A stretch of DNA of 64,000 bases from Paraphysomonas bandaiensis (GCA_965644295.1 CBFFRP010000463.1:62001-126000), one strand, 5' to 3'. Counted from the stretch's first letter, positions 41,293 through 55,017 are shown. The notes: generated by a model not told the origin, from the letters alone. Translations and numbers: made by a program.

Positions 41293-42064
41293 CTGAATAA
41301 GATTCACGGACCGCTTTGCTGCATTCTGAGCGCGTACTTAGGTAGATCCGGGTGGTGGGCGGGTGGGTACCTAACTAATACTTGATTAAGTTCAATACGT
41401 TATTTGATAGCTACCTACTGAACCCAACTAGCTACATCATTATCACATGGTATTTAGCGGCTGAATATACAGTGAGAACCCGTGAGAACCCGAGTGGGGA
41501 ACCGCTGAACTGAGCAATGTGAACATAGGTAGAGGTGCGCGGTCGCAATACTCAGCAGCACTCACTATAGGGCCGCACGCAGTGATTAGTTACGCTGTCA
41601 ATATGGGGCAGTAAGGTACTAACAAGCCACAAGTTGATTATAAGGATTATGGCATGATGATGATAAGGCAGGGCGGATCTAGATAAGATACGGACCCGGA
41701 TATCCAACACCCCGTAAATAATCAGCTGTGTATTTTGAAATGTGGTGTACCTAGACACAGCAGTACCATGGAGTACACACGTACACATTTGTAGACTGCT
41801 GCTGTACTGCTGTATATCATGCCTCTTCACACTCATATGTACTCTACTAGAAGTTTAAAAAAGTACTGACTAGAAATCGCATACTATCCCTATGAAAGAA
41901 GTAGCATCAACTACCATCACACTGCACTTCTAAGATCATCATCATGACACGAATGATACTCATACATATCAGATTATCATTTCAGTAGATATCTGTGTAT
42001 ATATAGAGAACACACTGTCATCTGATTACTTTCAGTCTCTCAACTGCTCTTACGATCCCTAGAA

Positions 42065-45000
42065 ATGACATCCAAACAAGAAATGGAGACTGCTACACTG
42101 GCATATGCTCAGTATCTGGGAGTGGATCTTGATAGTGAACCAGAGTTAGTACATATTGCCAGAGAGGCTCTCAAAGATCTTCCCAGTGGATGGGAGGTGT
42201 GTATCAGTGAGGAAGGAGATTCTGCTTGTATTCCATTCTTTCATAATATATATACTGAAGAGAGTGTATGGAATCACCCACAAGAGGAAGTGTATCTGAG
42301 GAAAGTCAAAGAAGAACGCCGATATTTGAAGAAAAATAAGCGTGAAAATGAGTATGAGAAGGAGAATGCAACAAAAAACCATAGTGGGCATAGGAATGAT
42401 AGATCTCATTCAATTTCCAAAAGCAGTGATCATCCAGAAGATATCATTGACGTGGAGGACTTCGAGAACGATTCATTCAATGGGAACGGAGATGACAGAC
42501 ATGGTTTTGGAGGCAACTCGAGGGATTCTGGTTATGCAAAGGAAAAAAGTAATAACACTCGTGCAAGGAGAAGAAGTGGAAGCCACTCGGATATGGAACG
42601 ATCGAAAGACCATAGCAGAGATATAGAACTTGATAATGGCTCGAGGAGTCCGATTTTTGGCGATAACTGGCTAGACGAAAGTGCGGCAAACCCAAAGTAC
42701 CCTGACTCGGGAAGAATAGATGGGCGCGGACGAGTCGCGGAGAGGGAAAGGCATGATCGAGGACTTGATATGAGTAGGGAGTTGGGGAAAGATGGGAACT
42801 ATGATATTCGTGATGAAGGGGGGCGTGGATGGAACACAGACGGTAGAGAGAGAAACAGCAGGGACAGAGAGAGAGAGAATCGCAGCAGAGATGAGAGAGA
42901 GCGGAACCGGGGATGGGATCAAGGTGTGGTAGATGACTGGAGGGGCGAGCAGTGGGAGGGATCGGGAGGAGACCGGAGGGATGACAGTCGGGATTTCGAA
43001 GGGGGTAAGACTCGATTATGGGAACGTGATTCAGAATCTCCGGTTGGTAGGCAGTCTGCTGCTGATGTACGTGGACAGCGTAAATCGGCTGCGTATGAAA
43101 GTAAACCAGAGAGAGACTACCGGGATAACTTACGGGGAGGCAGTCCTGTGGAAGATTACCGAGATAAAGCGTCTTCTGGAGGTAAGGCAAACGGACCAAA
43201 CCATTCTGCCCCACTGTGGGTTAATACCGCCGAGGCCACAAGTGGAGAAGGCAGCGGTTGGCCCAGTAACTCTGGTGAGATTTTTTATTCACATCTGCTA
43301 CCTATTATAGGCGGCTCATGTTTTTCTTAGGGCTTAATACGGGTGTGAGCACGACTGGTACGGGTCTCGAGAGCACCAGTCGGTTGCACTCGGAAGTGAA
43401 GCGACTGCAAGATGAAATCGTTAATTTGCGCTCCCAACATAAAATGGAAGTGCAGGAAATGAACTTGGTTGCGGAGAGCCTTCGCTCCTCTCTGCACGTC
43501 AGCGAAGAGGCCCTGCATACAGAGCGGTCGTTGAAGAAGAAGAGTGAAGACCTCGTGCGTGAGCTTCAGAGTCAGCTGGAGAGTATGCGCCTTGATGCTC
43601 AAACTGCGTCGTCATCCGCGTCTGTTGCATCTGAGGAGGCGGTGAGTAAAGTGGAGAGAGTATGCTGATTGCAGTTTTCATACTTTTTATATTCGCAGAA
43701 ACGCCTGGAGATAGAGCGGGTGTCGACCCGTATTACAGAGGAGTGGAAAGACAAGCTACGGAATGCTACTCAGAATCACCAGAGTGAATTGGAGGCAGAG
43801 CATGAAGTCGTGCGAGTATTGAAACAAAGGTTAGCCGAAGAGGAAGATAAAGTGCGCGCAACACAGCGGCAGCTAGTGGTAGTGCGCGAGGAGATGCGTA
43901 TAGAGGCGTCACAAGAGGCGGAAAAGCTGAAGAACGATCTCGGTACTGTGTTGTCGTTCGTATTATTGCTGTCAGTAATATGGATGTTTTATGTGTAGTT
44001 GAGACAGAGAGTCGACTGAAGACTCAGGGACATGAGCTGCAGCGCGTGAAGGAGGAATATACATCCATGGCCTCTCGTGCAGCAAGTGCATTGCAACAAG
44101 CTCAAGCTGCCAAGGCTGAGATGGAGGCACTCCGCGCAGAGACCACGGCAATTGCATCCGATGGGCATACGAGTCATGCCGCACTAATGCAGGCCCTGCA
44201 GCGCATACAGCAATACGAGAGTGAGGTTAGATTGGTGGAAATGATCTCGCGCTTGCTTATCGTTCGTGCTGTTCAGATTGTTCGTGTCAAGGCAGAAAAG
44301 AATGCCATTCAGCAGGAGCTTGATACTCAGTTTGCTGAGCTTCGGAAGTATCAGGACGCTAGCATCAGCAAGGACGGAAAGGTTCAAATGACTGATTTAG
44401 AACTTAAGCGCACAAGGACGCAATTTCAGGTTGGTTGTGTATGGCTTTCTGGCTATGCATATGTGTGTGACTGTTTTTTTCTGCTTCAGTCGGAGTTGTC
44501 GCGATTAAAGTCGCGGGTGGCTGAGCTAGAGGGCACAAACGTCGTGCTTCAGGACCAATTGGATAGGACTGTGGCCTCTGAGTCTAACGAAAGTCGAGAA
44601 ATTCAACGTCAACTCGACCGGAGTGAGCACGAAGTCAGTCGGCTACAGGGACGCCTTCAGGACAGTGAAGAGCGTGTACGTGACGTACAGAATCGGTGCC
44701 AATCTTTGGAAAAAGAACTTCTGTCGCTACAGGATACCATATTTAAGAGGGACCGAACTGTCAAAGACCTGAACGCGAAGGCAGAGGTGTTAGCGAGTCA
44801 AAAAGAGGAACTTAGGTTTTCGATGGAGGCCGAGTTGGAGGCCGTGAAACAGGAGCTCAGAGCTGAGAAACAAAATGCTGATGAAGTCACACGCCGGTAC
44901 CAAAAAGAGTTTTCTGACATGCGAAAGGATGTGGAAAGTCGTATTCCGCAGCTGACAGCGGATGTTGCAGAACAAGCCGAGTCGCACTACAGGGATCAGT

Positions 45001-45902
45001 TGCAGACAGAACTTAGGGCGCTGGGTTTGAAGCACCAGCGACAAATTGAGAGCTTGAAGCAAGAGATGATTCATATGCAAACCTCTCATAGTGAGGCAAT
45101 TGCTAGATACAAGGCAAGTGCCTCTGAGGAAAAGATCGAGCTCGAGCGGCTGCGGCAGAAGTGTCAGCTGCTGGAGTCCAGAAATAGAGATATGGAGGTT
45201 CTTGTTGATAACCTACGCCAGAAGGAGCATCATAGTCTGATACAGCATAACACAATTCCAGTACTTGGCACTACTTATCGTCAGGATATCAGCACATACG
45301 ACGATCCGCATGGTCCAGTTGCTAGAGCAGGTGCTGCTGATGACGCTGCAGTTGCCTCTGTATCGAGCCAACTTGCAGAAATGCGTAAACAGCTCTCTGA
45401 GTCTCTCGCGTTGACAAGACAGTCTCAAACACGACGAGAGCGGATGCAAAGTTCTCGTCCAGCATATATAGAGGAATCATCTGACCCAGATGACAGTTTG
45501 ACCTCATCCCGGGCTGCACAAAAGACTAGATCTGCACCGGGAAGGAATATCCGCAAAGGAAATGCTGGTGTAGGTGGGACCTCTCCTCCCCCTGCTACAA
45601 TAAAGCGCACAGCCTATTCTCCTGAAGTACTCTTTAACTCCCCCCCATATAAGTCAGCAGCAGTCATCGATCACTCCTCTGTGCAACAGCCAGCCATGCC
45701 CCACAAAAGCGATTTGAATTCATTGTATGCGTCCGTGGACCAGTCTTATCGCTTGTCTTATGAGCAGGACTATTCTGCAATTAGACTGCCGAACTCACCT
45801 GACGGTCTTCCGATTAGTGACCAAGATTTTTCATCTATACAAGATGGTGGGTTTCATGAAGGATATTGGAAAGCCAAATATCTTCGAAGTCAAAATTTAT
45901 AA
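42065..45902 (+). CDS. WW-domain plus long coiled-coil protein, CEP164-like N-terminus (multi-exon)
   Basis: YAQYLGVDLDSEPELVHIAREALKDLPSGWEVC...PFFHNIYTEESVWNHPQE matches the CEP164-type helical+WW module; followed by an R/D/G low-complexity tract and coiled coil. Confidence 0.8.
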
Positions 45903-47377
45903 TTCTGAACCAGTAGTTCTAAATGCCGAAGATGGAGTGTTACTTTTGCATAAAGTATGAGGTTAAGTGTTGTGCGGAAATGACTAATATATTGCTGTAA
46001 CGATAATATTATTTATTTTATATTCAAACGAATATTGGATCGATAGGGATGAATAATTCCTTGTGAATTATTTCTTCACTATTTAGTGGTTTTAAGATAT
46101 GGTGTACTGTATTCGTAACCCAATTGTGAATTCTTGTGGGTTGCTCGTTGAGATTCGGGCACATGTATAGTGTACTTGTATGCCTTGTCCTAGCTCGGCG
46201 ATGTCATAGACCATATACTTTATCACCATCATAATCTGATTATCATGGGCTGTATCCCTTAAATAGGCAGGTTGGAGCAACATTTTATATGAAGCCGCTT
46301 TCTATACGTGATGTCCTTCATGACAGCTGCTGAGTTCTGCAGTATGATGTAGTTAGATAATGTATACAATTGAATAAGTAGTTAGATAAAGACTAGTCAA
46401 GCTAGGTCGACCGCTACCTGTAACTAACTGGCACGAATTCTCATATCCTTCTATATTATTGAATGTCTAATTATTTAGCAATAGGCGTTGAAAGCCTGCA
46501 CCAATTAGTGGCTAGAAGAATGCTAGACAAACTATTTAGACCTCTACCCGTAACTAATCAATACAAACTCTTTATCCTACTATTTAACGCTACAGAAGCT
46601 GCTTGTGCGTCGCCGCAAGCACCAGGGTGCGACCACTTCCATTCTTAGTGTGTGTTATGAGGCTCGCCATGATCGTCCTGGGACTCACCGGCGCGTGTGA
46701 TTTGGAGGTCTCCCCTTGGGATGAGACTCCACTCGCTATATGATAGATGGGTATGTAGGGGACACGTTGTGCAACGTACAGCATGACAAGTGAAAGCAGT
46801 GATCTAAGTCTACTACAACACTGGAAAGCTGAAGACTACACATACATTGTGTGCAATTTGCATCGGGGACTGCCTTATGTACCTCACGGCAACCAGGGAA
46901 AACAGTACTATTTCCTGCTGAGATTGGCAATCTGGTGGCCTTCCTTTAGGCATTATGCCAAGTGGCTCGGAGGTATGTGGATGAAGGTCTTGCAATAATT
47001 TCATATCCTTCTATGTAGCACTACAGAAGAATTATAATTTCTAACTTGTAAGTGGATTGTGTTCAACAAAACGTGGTTAACGTTTAAGTGTAGAGCAAGG
47101 TTAAATTCAGCAAATGTCCAATTCTTACTTCAGTGGTACGTATGTATCGATAATAGCCAGGATTGTACTTGCTATTAAATTGCATGGAATATACGTAATA
47201 ATAGCGATTTAATTGCTCGCTGAAAGGTTGCAATTAAACTGCAATTAAATAGCAATTATTTAGTATATAGTATAAGGACATAATATTAGAATTAGAACTT
47301 GCAAAACATTAAGGATGATGGCCATTTATTGCCCTTAATGACCATATGACCATATGACCACCACCCTTATTTACATT

Positions 47378-47515
47378 CACTACTTGCTGTTCACTACTAA
47401 TTATTGAAAGCCAATTACTTGTTACTTGCTATACGCAACCCTGTATCACGTAGTGCTTTTATGCTATTAATAACAAGTAATTGGTTTTCAATAATTATTG
47501 CAACAGCAAGTAGTG
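47378..47515. mobile_element. Miniature CACTA-type non-autonomous element (138 bp) with 3-bp TSD ATT
   Basis: Starts CACTACTTGCTGTT and ends AACAGCAAGTAGTG; subterminal inverted match ttattgaaagccaattacttgtta / taacaagtaattggttttcaataa; ATT at 47375-47377 and 47516-47518. Confidence 0.82.
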
Positions 47516-47923
47516 ATTGCAATTTAGTTGAGAACAACCTGCGCCAGTTAATTGTTACACAACCCTGCTGATATGATATCACAATGTATAATAGCTACAG
47601 CTATCCACTATCCAAAGTTGTGTATACGTGTCTCTAACATAAAAAGACACAAATGCAATCTTAACGAGAGTATACGAAAGAATTTTAACAAATTTCATTC
47701 AACTCTAAACTGTCGCACTGTCGAATTTCCTTATTACTCCTTATTCATAGTATGTGGAAAAGATTTTAGTCACTATTTTAGCACACAGGGAGAGAGTAAT
47801 CGTAACACAATTAATCACATATCACAGAGAACTTAGTAAACACGTCAGAGCCAGTACTTTAATCTGTTAAAAGCACAGCTGATACGATTTGGAGCACAAT
47901 ACTATTCGTAATCTGCCCATTGC

Positions 47924-48850
47924 TTAGGAGACGTAGTGTCTCGTGATAGCCTTTGGGAGAACAGCTGTGCCGCCCTTTGGGTTAGGAACAACACAATTTT
48001 TCTTAAAAGCTTCCCACGATATTACACCTGTGTTGTCGTCATCAAAGTAGGCAAAGAGAGCCAGTGCTTGGCAATCATCCAGATGGCAATTGCTCCGGTC
48101 CAGGAATTGGCGAAATTCAAACTCATCCAGAAACTTGCTATCATTGAAATCAAAATAATCAAATATTTTTTGTAATCGAATTATTTGCTGAGCATAGGAT
48201 GTCACACGCTCGGAAAGCTTGCTCTGGATTACTCGAAGTAGCCCTTCTTGTTTTTGGCCACGTGCATGGAGTTGTGCCACAGCTTCAGCATACCGCTCCA
48301 TTCGGCTTTCCAAGGAAGCATTGTTCCCTTTGGTAGAGTTCAAGAATTTCATGTGGCCAGCATGCAACTTTTTCCCATCAGAATCCCCATTGGTCGACTT
48401 AGAGCGGTATTTACATGTCGGCAAATTCTCATTCCCCACATATATGGACTTCTGCTTGTCTTTAATAGGTGAAAACAACTCAATACCCAAACCCACTGGG
48501 GATCCACAAACATCAATAGATCCAGGGATATGACCCGTATATCCCCTAACGATATATTTGGGTGTCGTAATACGTTTTTCTTCATATGTATCTGTTTCTT
48601 TTGGTCTGTATCCAGTATATCCTAATGTTGCACTGCCATATCTTGATGTAGGACGACTCCGTGTCTCTTCCCATGGATCATTGGCGAGAGATAATCGACT
48701 TCTAGTCTCTCTAGCACTTCGAAATGCTTGAATAGATGATTTTCTGATATCTACTTTAGGTAAATCAAATGTCTTACGGCGTGATCCAGTGTCCACTGCT
48801 GTTTGGTTACTATCATTCACACCAGACCCATTTCGATAAAGACTATTCAT
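47924..48850 (-). CDS. EF-hand protein with GYTG-type repeats
   Basis: 308-aa ORF; GYTGYRP and GYTGHIPG motifs, then EF-hands DFNDSKFLDEFEF and DDDNTGVISWEAF. Confidence 0.85.
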   Translation of the reverse strand: MNSLYRNGSGVNDSNQTAVDTGSRRKTFDLPKVDIRKSSIQAFRSARETRSRLSLANDPWEETRSRPTSRYGSATLGYTGYRPKETDTYEEKRITTPKYIVRGYTGHIPGSIDVCGSPVGLGIELFSPIKDKQKSIYVGNENLPTCKYRSKSTNGDSDGKKLHAGHMKFLNSTKGNNASLESRMERYAEAVAQLHARGQKQEGLLRVIQSKLSERVTSYAQQIIRLQKIFDYFDFNDSKFLDEFEFRQFLDRSNCHLDDCQALALFAYFDDDNTGVISWEAFKKNCVVPNPKGGTAVLPKAITRHYVS

Positions 48851-49489
48851 TGTAGATCTTTATAATGGGTTATAGATACAAGTATGTAAGTATTGTATGA
48901 TATGTTGAACGGTTAAGTAGATGTTTGGCTCTCTCTATATGCATATATAGACGCGACTGTTATGTGGTTGGATACTCCGCTAAATATTCATACATACATA
49001 CATACATACATACATATCCATACATACATATACCAGTGTAGGAGATAGAGGTATGATGGGTGTACGTGCCGTTACTGTATCTCCTGGATGAAGATGGGTA
49101 CAGTACGTACTCCATCCATTCCAATTTTTCTAATCGCCAAATCATAACTGAAATATATGCATCGCAGACAAAAATACGGTCTACTCGTTAACGGATGCTA
49201 CACATGGACAGACTACCCCCATAACATACTACCATAGGCAGTCAGCATCTTATTTTTTCGGAAATAAATTGAAGCAAAATTCTTCTATATTACTGAAATA
49301 CAACTACGGCTAGAATACAGATAATTATTGTCTCAATATATGAGGCATCTTTGAACAAAAATATACAAAGGATGCCGATATCCATACATAACAATGTGTC
49401 CTTTTCGTATCTTAACATCCTCTATCTACAATCTCATTCTCTTCGCACCCCTGTGATGTGTTTATACGTTTCCAACGATACGACCATAT

Positions 49490-51130
49490 CAAATGGCGAA
49501 ACAAATTACCCTACAGGGGTTTAGTCAAGACATCTGCCAGCATTTCCCCTGTAGGTAAGTAACTCCAGCTCGATGCAATCACTATCATGCTGTTCTTTGA
49601 TTAATGCTGCCTTACACGCAGATATTTCGATCTGTATCTGCCTCCTCCCTTTGTCACGAGGCTGAGGTTTGACATATTGTCCTGAAATACAACAGGTGGG
49701 TCAAGCGCATTACCCTGATCACAAATGAACTCATGTAACTTCAACGCATTTGACATCATATCTGACAGGCCAACCAGGTCGGATTCTGTCGAGTCTTTGG
49801 TTACTAAACGCTGCTTCGTTGATCGACAGAGTATGGTGGCCCCTCCAATTGCACGACGACACCTGTGTGTCCTTTACCGTCTTCGTGGGTGGCGAACAAC
49901 GCGTCGATGAAGCTTCTTACCCGCAGTTATTCTCCAATCCTCATTTGCAGGTCTTGATTCCTTGTTTGCACGATGTACTTCAGCACTCGATCAAGCTTCT
50001 GCTGATCTCCTTGATTATGTTTCGTTACCCTAGTTGTCAGGTACGACACTGCTAATAATACGTCCGGTCTCACTCTAATTGCCAGATACGATAGTTTACC
50101 AACAGTCGAGTGGAAAGATCCTGCTTCGCTCCTGCCTAGCAGTAGATGCTCCGCTGTGTCAAACAGTGTTGATGTGGCTGGCGACGCAGCTCTTCCCGTC
50201 ACGTGAGACTCTTCCAGTACGCTATCAAGGTAGGCCCGCATTGACACTGTCGCCATGCCATCTCTCAATTTTATGTGCATGCCTTGATACGATAAGTCTG
50301 TACCATCGTTACACTTGACCTCACCATATTGTCTTTTCAACTGTTCCACCAACTACACTGTGTCATCCTTGTCCTGCGACATTACTAACAAGTCGTCCAC
50401 ATATAGGGTTACCGTGCATTGGTTGCCATTTGCCGTCCGGTTTAAAACGCATTGGTCCACCTAGTTGGCCACGAACCCTAGACTTTCCAGGTAAGCTCTG
50501 ATGGTGTTGTACCATAATTTGGCGCACCAGAAGTCTCCCCCTCTCGTCTATATATGGTTGGATGGTGGTGTCCAGTTTCTTCAGTATCGTTGTCAGCATT
50601 GGCTCCAGTTCCATTATTACCTCCTTGCCGGTCATCTTTGCGTTGAGGTAAGCACCACCTATATCTATTGTTGATACGTTTCTCCCTTCCTTAGCCGCAA
50701 TAGCTAGACATGCAAACACTGACTGTATGTCCACAGTGGGAGACGATGTGTCCTTGTACAGTTTCCGGTCCAGCTGCGCTCCGTTCGCCACTAATCAGGC
50801 CTTTATCTTCTCGAATCTTCCCAGGCCTTAATATTTCGTCTTCAGGAACATGAGTGATCTTATTGTTCGCTTTAGCTGTGACTTTGACAATTCGCTCTTG
50901 CTCACCGGAGTGATGGCTTTCTTGTTGTGCAAAAGCTGCTTCAGCTCTTTTACTATGGCCAGGTCCGCCTCCTTGCCGTGTTCTTGTAAACCTTGTGTAA
51001 CGGTCGTGTGGTAGGCTTTGTACATAACAGGCTTTCTCATTGCGCCTGCAGCTCTCCTTCCTTCGGTTGATGGCAGTATCGCGAACGAATGTACTCCTTT
51101 TGTCCTGTTCACCACCCCTGTAATTTCTAA
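49490..51130 (-). mobile_element. Degenerate Ty1/Copia pol (reverse transcriptase and RNase H)
   Basis: KIKA*LVANG, TSSPTV, DIGGAYLNA, YVDDLL, RVRPDVLLAVSYLTTR, VDAS and MLADVLTKPL, with several stops and frameshifts. Confidence 0.93.
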
Positions 51131-51173
51131 TTATGTACAAAGCCTACCACACGACCGTTACACAAAGTTTAAA

Positions 51174-51235
51174 AGAACACCATTCTACGGGTATATGCTT
51201 AGATGTCTGAGCATATACCCGTAGAATGGCGTTCT
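51174..51235. repeat. Near-perfect 62-nt palindrome
   Basis: ccattctacgggtatatgct / agcatatacccgtagaatgg form a perfect 20-bp stem that extends imperfectly on both sides. Confidence 0.9.
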
Positions 51236-51546
51236 GTTGTTTTCCATCTCTTTTATCATTCTCGCTCTGGCCTTTGAATAAATCACAGCACTTAAATGAA
51301 GAAGCTAGTTCTTTTCATGTGTACCATACTTGGTAATACGGCTCGATTTTACGCCAAAACACAGGGACAACGGTTCGATAGGTTTCAGTGCCTACTATTT
51401 TATACATTACAATTGTCTGTAATGAACTTAACTTTTATGTTGTAAAATTAATAATATTATTATGTCTGAGTCACCTTCACAATTCCTTAGCATAACACAA
51501 CATGCCGTAAGTCACATTACTAATGATATTATTACGAGATTCTATC

Positions 51547-54172
51547 TTAACCATTTGGCATGGTACTAGAATAATGTCTACCGACTATGTAACAAAAAGA
51601 AGTATATATTACTGGAAATGCAACATACAACAATTTACCTCGAAGATTGATAGATCTGAGTTTAGCACCATCGGTTCGTTTTACGTATATACGCCATGAT
51701 ACTCTCTCGTCAAAATTAAGCAAAAATCCATACAAAATTGCTAGCAGTGCTGTCATTAACCCAACAACCCACGACGACTTCATAAACTCCATGATCACAT
51801 CCCACATGCAGAGTATGCTGCCTCCATAACCAATAAGTGCAGCGAATTTATACATCCTAAAATATAATTCTTAGAAGGGAAGGAAGTACACAAACCAAAA
51901 CTTACCTAAACCAAAATAAAAGGTATGACAAAAATATACATATTCCAGTCCTCTGTAGGGTATACAACAAGCATTGAGACCACAAAGAATGTTTTAAACT
52001 GCTGATATCGAGCCCAAATGATTGCAGAGTGTAAGAAACAACTCTCCCCAAAAGGGTTCGTACGGATATCGTTGGACTAAACACGCCAGATATAGTTTCC
52101 AATAAATATTCAGAAGAAATGTGCCGTAATTCATCCATATTCGACGTGAACTTCGCGACCAATTGTTCTCCATCCAATCGATCATTATATCTATGCACAT
52201 ATTTTACACTCTCTTCAACAAAATCGGAGCCAGCGCATTTCTTACTCAGGTGCACACAAAAAAACCTATTGTTGAGCAACAAGTTACAGCAACGTCAAAC
52301 ATCACCGAGTAAAACCATACTTGGCTTGCAATGTCACCCAGTTTTTAAAATTATCAGCATCAATCAGGCCCCCGTGTGAAGTCATTTCTGGCTTTGTATG
52401 AACGGCTACTCCTGTGCGATATCTCGGTAGTGACCCGCAGCAGTAGCAGTAAGCTGCACAAATTCCAACCGCGCAGAAGAAATAATACATTATTGAATTT
52501 TGGTAGCCCTTTTGGGTCTGTCTTTTCTCTTTAAGTCTCCTATCTTCAGTCAAATACTGGCGTCGTCTTTCGTCAATATTCTACATTTATATTAGACACG
52601 GTATTCAGTTGACATAGCAGTTTACCTTTTCGCCATTACAATCATTGTCCAAGTCATCAAAATCTAGCAATTTTCGGATATCGCTAAACTGTTTCGTGGA
52701 CTCACTAGTGGCACAGTCATCCAACCGCCGCCACCTCTCTTCAACTTCACTCACCGCCCGTCGCTTCTCCCTCGCTGACTCTGTCCTTAGCCTGCCAAAG
52801 ACATACTAAGACCATGTCGCTGCTTATTCATTGCCCACCTGTCATGCTCCATCATCCATTGTGCGCCTTCCCTGGTGATAATTTCTGCAGAGACCTGAGA
52901 AGAGCAGTACTGCTGAAGCGAAAATGTATAACTCGATGAAACCAAAACTTTAGCTTCTCTCTGTGTTTGTTGATCCTGTAGTTGTGTCTCACTTCCTTCA
53001 TCAGTCACCCTCTGCATCTCCTGTGTTACCTGCTCAATCTGGTTCACCTTACTCTGTACGACATGTCAGCTAACAGTATCGTGCGTGGTTCAACTACACG
53101 TACTTCTTCGGCTATCACTAAAGTCTGTTCGACCTGAATCACGTGATTCTGCAAGGTACATTAGCCTAGCACTTAAATGTACGCAGACGAACCGCAAAGG
53201 ACACAGCAAGTCTGTGAAGCGCATTCTGTAGTTCCTCATCAACTGACGCCTCCACACGAGCCATTTCTTCGCACCGCGCTTTGCTAACTTGTTCTGTTGC
53301 TTTCTTATAGGTCGATGACCCTGTAAAGCTAAATATTGGGTATTGGCGCTCCAATTGACGACACAGAGAAAGCTGCGACAAAATGCCTGACATCTGTTTG
53401 CCTGTTAGTACAGTTGCACCATTAAAGTGTAGGAACGTACACTTCTACCGCATTCCATAGCTCCACTTAGGTCAGACAATGTATTCTCGTGTATGGACCG
53501 CACTTTCTCTGCAACCTTTTTACATACACCAAAACGGGCCCTCTCCTCTTCCAGCCGACTGACTATATAAGAGATATATATTTCTTCATCTACATCGGCC
53601 CCTCTCAAATCAAAAAAACTACCACTACTTCCAAGTAAGGATTGAAATATCATCTCTACACGTTGAACAATGTCTCTATGGTAGTTAATATCAACTGCCC
53701 TCTCGTGCCCCAAACTGTCCTTGGTGAACTTTCGCAGAGCATCAATAACTTTAGCTAGTCTAGAGATGCCTTCATTTGGTTGAATCCAAAGTTCCGAAAT
53801 ATAACCCTCACGCTCAATATGTTCCAAATCATTATTAAATATATCATACAGAGATATTTCTGTCTGATTTGAATCATCGGAAGGTTTACGTGTTCGTTTC
53901 CACATATAACAAATAGTGATAAGGACACACAGAGTAGTAACGACACACACTATCAAGAGAGTCGGTGTAATGTCATCACTGGGTGTTGTTTCTATAAGTT
54001 TCACGACTTCAGTCTCAATATTATCGAGTTCACTGCATCTAGTAGGCTGTAATGGTTCTGGATCATCCCTAAGATTGTTATAGATATCATTAGCCTCATT
54101 GTTTTGAGTATCATCCAATAGAGATTCTAATTCAATATCATTCAGTAAGAGATAGATTTCATGTGCATCCAT
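51547..54172 (-). CDS. Multi-exon hypothetical membrane protein (N-terminal TM helix, coiled coil, several C-terminal TM helices)
   Basis: Consecutive minus-strand ORFs separated by short GT-AG introns, with hydrophobic segments; no family recognised. Confidence 0.72.
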
Positions 54173-55017
54173 AGTTCACTTGAAGGAGTTATGTGTTTAA
54201 AGTGCTTCTATACTTGAGTATGTATATGTACACATTCATATGAACCCACAACTGACTCTCTACGTCTCTATGTACAGCAGGAGTATTACCTCGATATGTA
54301 TACGTATATCTATCTATACGTATAGTAGACGTGGGAATGGACTACTGGAGGCTGTACCATACACTACATTTCCATAGTAAAATACTGCATACTCTGATGC
54401 CGTATACATATAGCATACGTAGAGCTAAATGATGATTCGGTATAGAAGTCTTCGAGTGATGGAAATGAAAGTCAATGTGCACATTCGTTTTTGTCACAGT
54501 GATTATGTTTTCAGTTATTGTACATGTGTGACTCTGTAGGATACGAGTGAGAGTGTACAGTAGAACATGATCAGCTGTAGTATTATTGTGTTGTAGGGAG
54601 ACACCATAATTTTCTATCACTAACGATTTCTGTAGTATTTGCAAAGAGACTTGTCTTTTGCCTACCTGTAGTGTAGTTTGAACGGAGGACAACGGGCGAA
54701 CTGGATCCGTGAGTGTTTGATTGATCTGTAGTATCAGTGTTGTATTTTCGATTCAAGTACGTATTTCTCTACGTGATAGGAAATTAGAGCCCGGTGCCGA
54801 TCAAGACACGGTTGGGGGGGTTTTTGGTGGTTCAGTGCCAGAATGGACACAGTGGAGGGTTTTTTGCTTTTTTGGGGGGTTTTCTGATCATTCCAACAAG
54901 CCCAAGTGTAGCTAACAAATCCATACATCAATTGCATTCGAAATAAGTCAAATATATCCACTTATTCAGTGATGAATTGTGATCCTGTATTGACTATGAT
55001 GAGATATTATTTTACTT

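Noticed and set aside
54400-54776. 5' LTR and PBS of the outer Copia element
   Set aside because: Expected by position, but no partner LTR or clear PBS is visible in the window, so no boundaries could be supported
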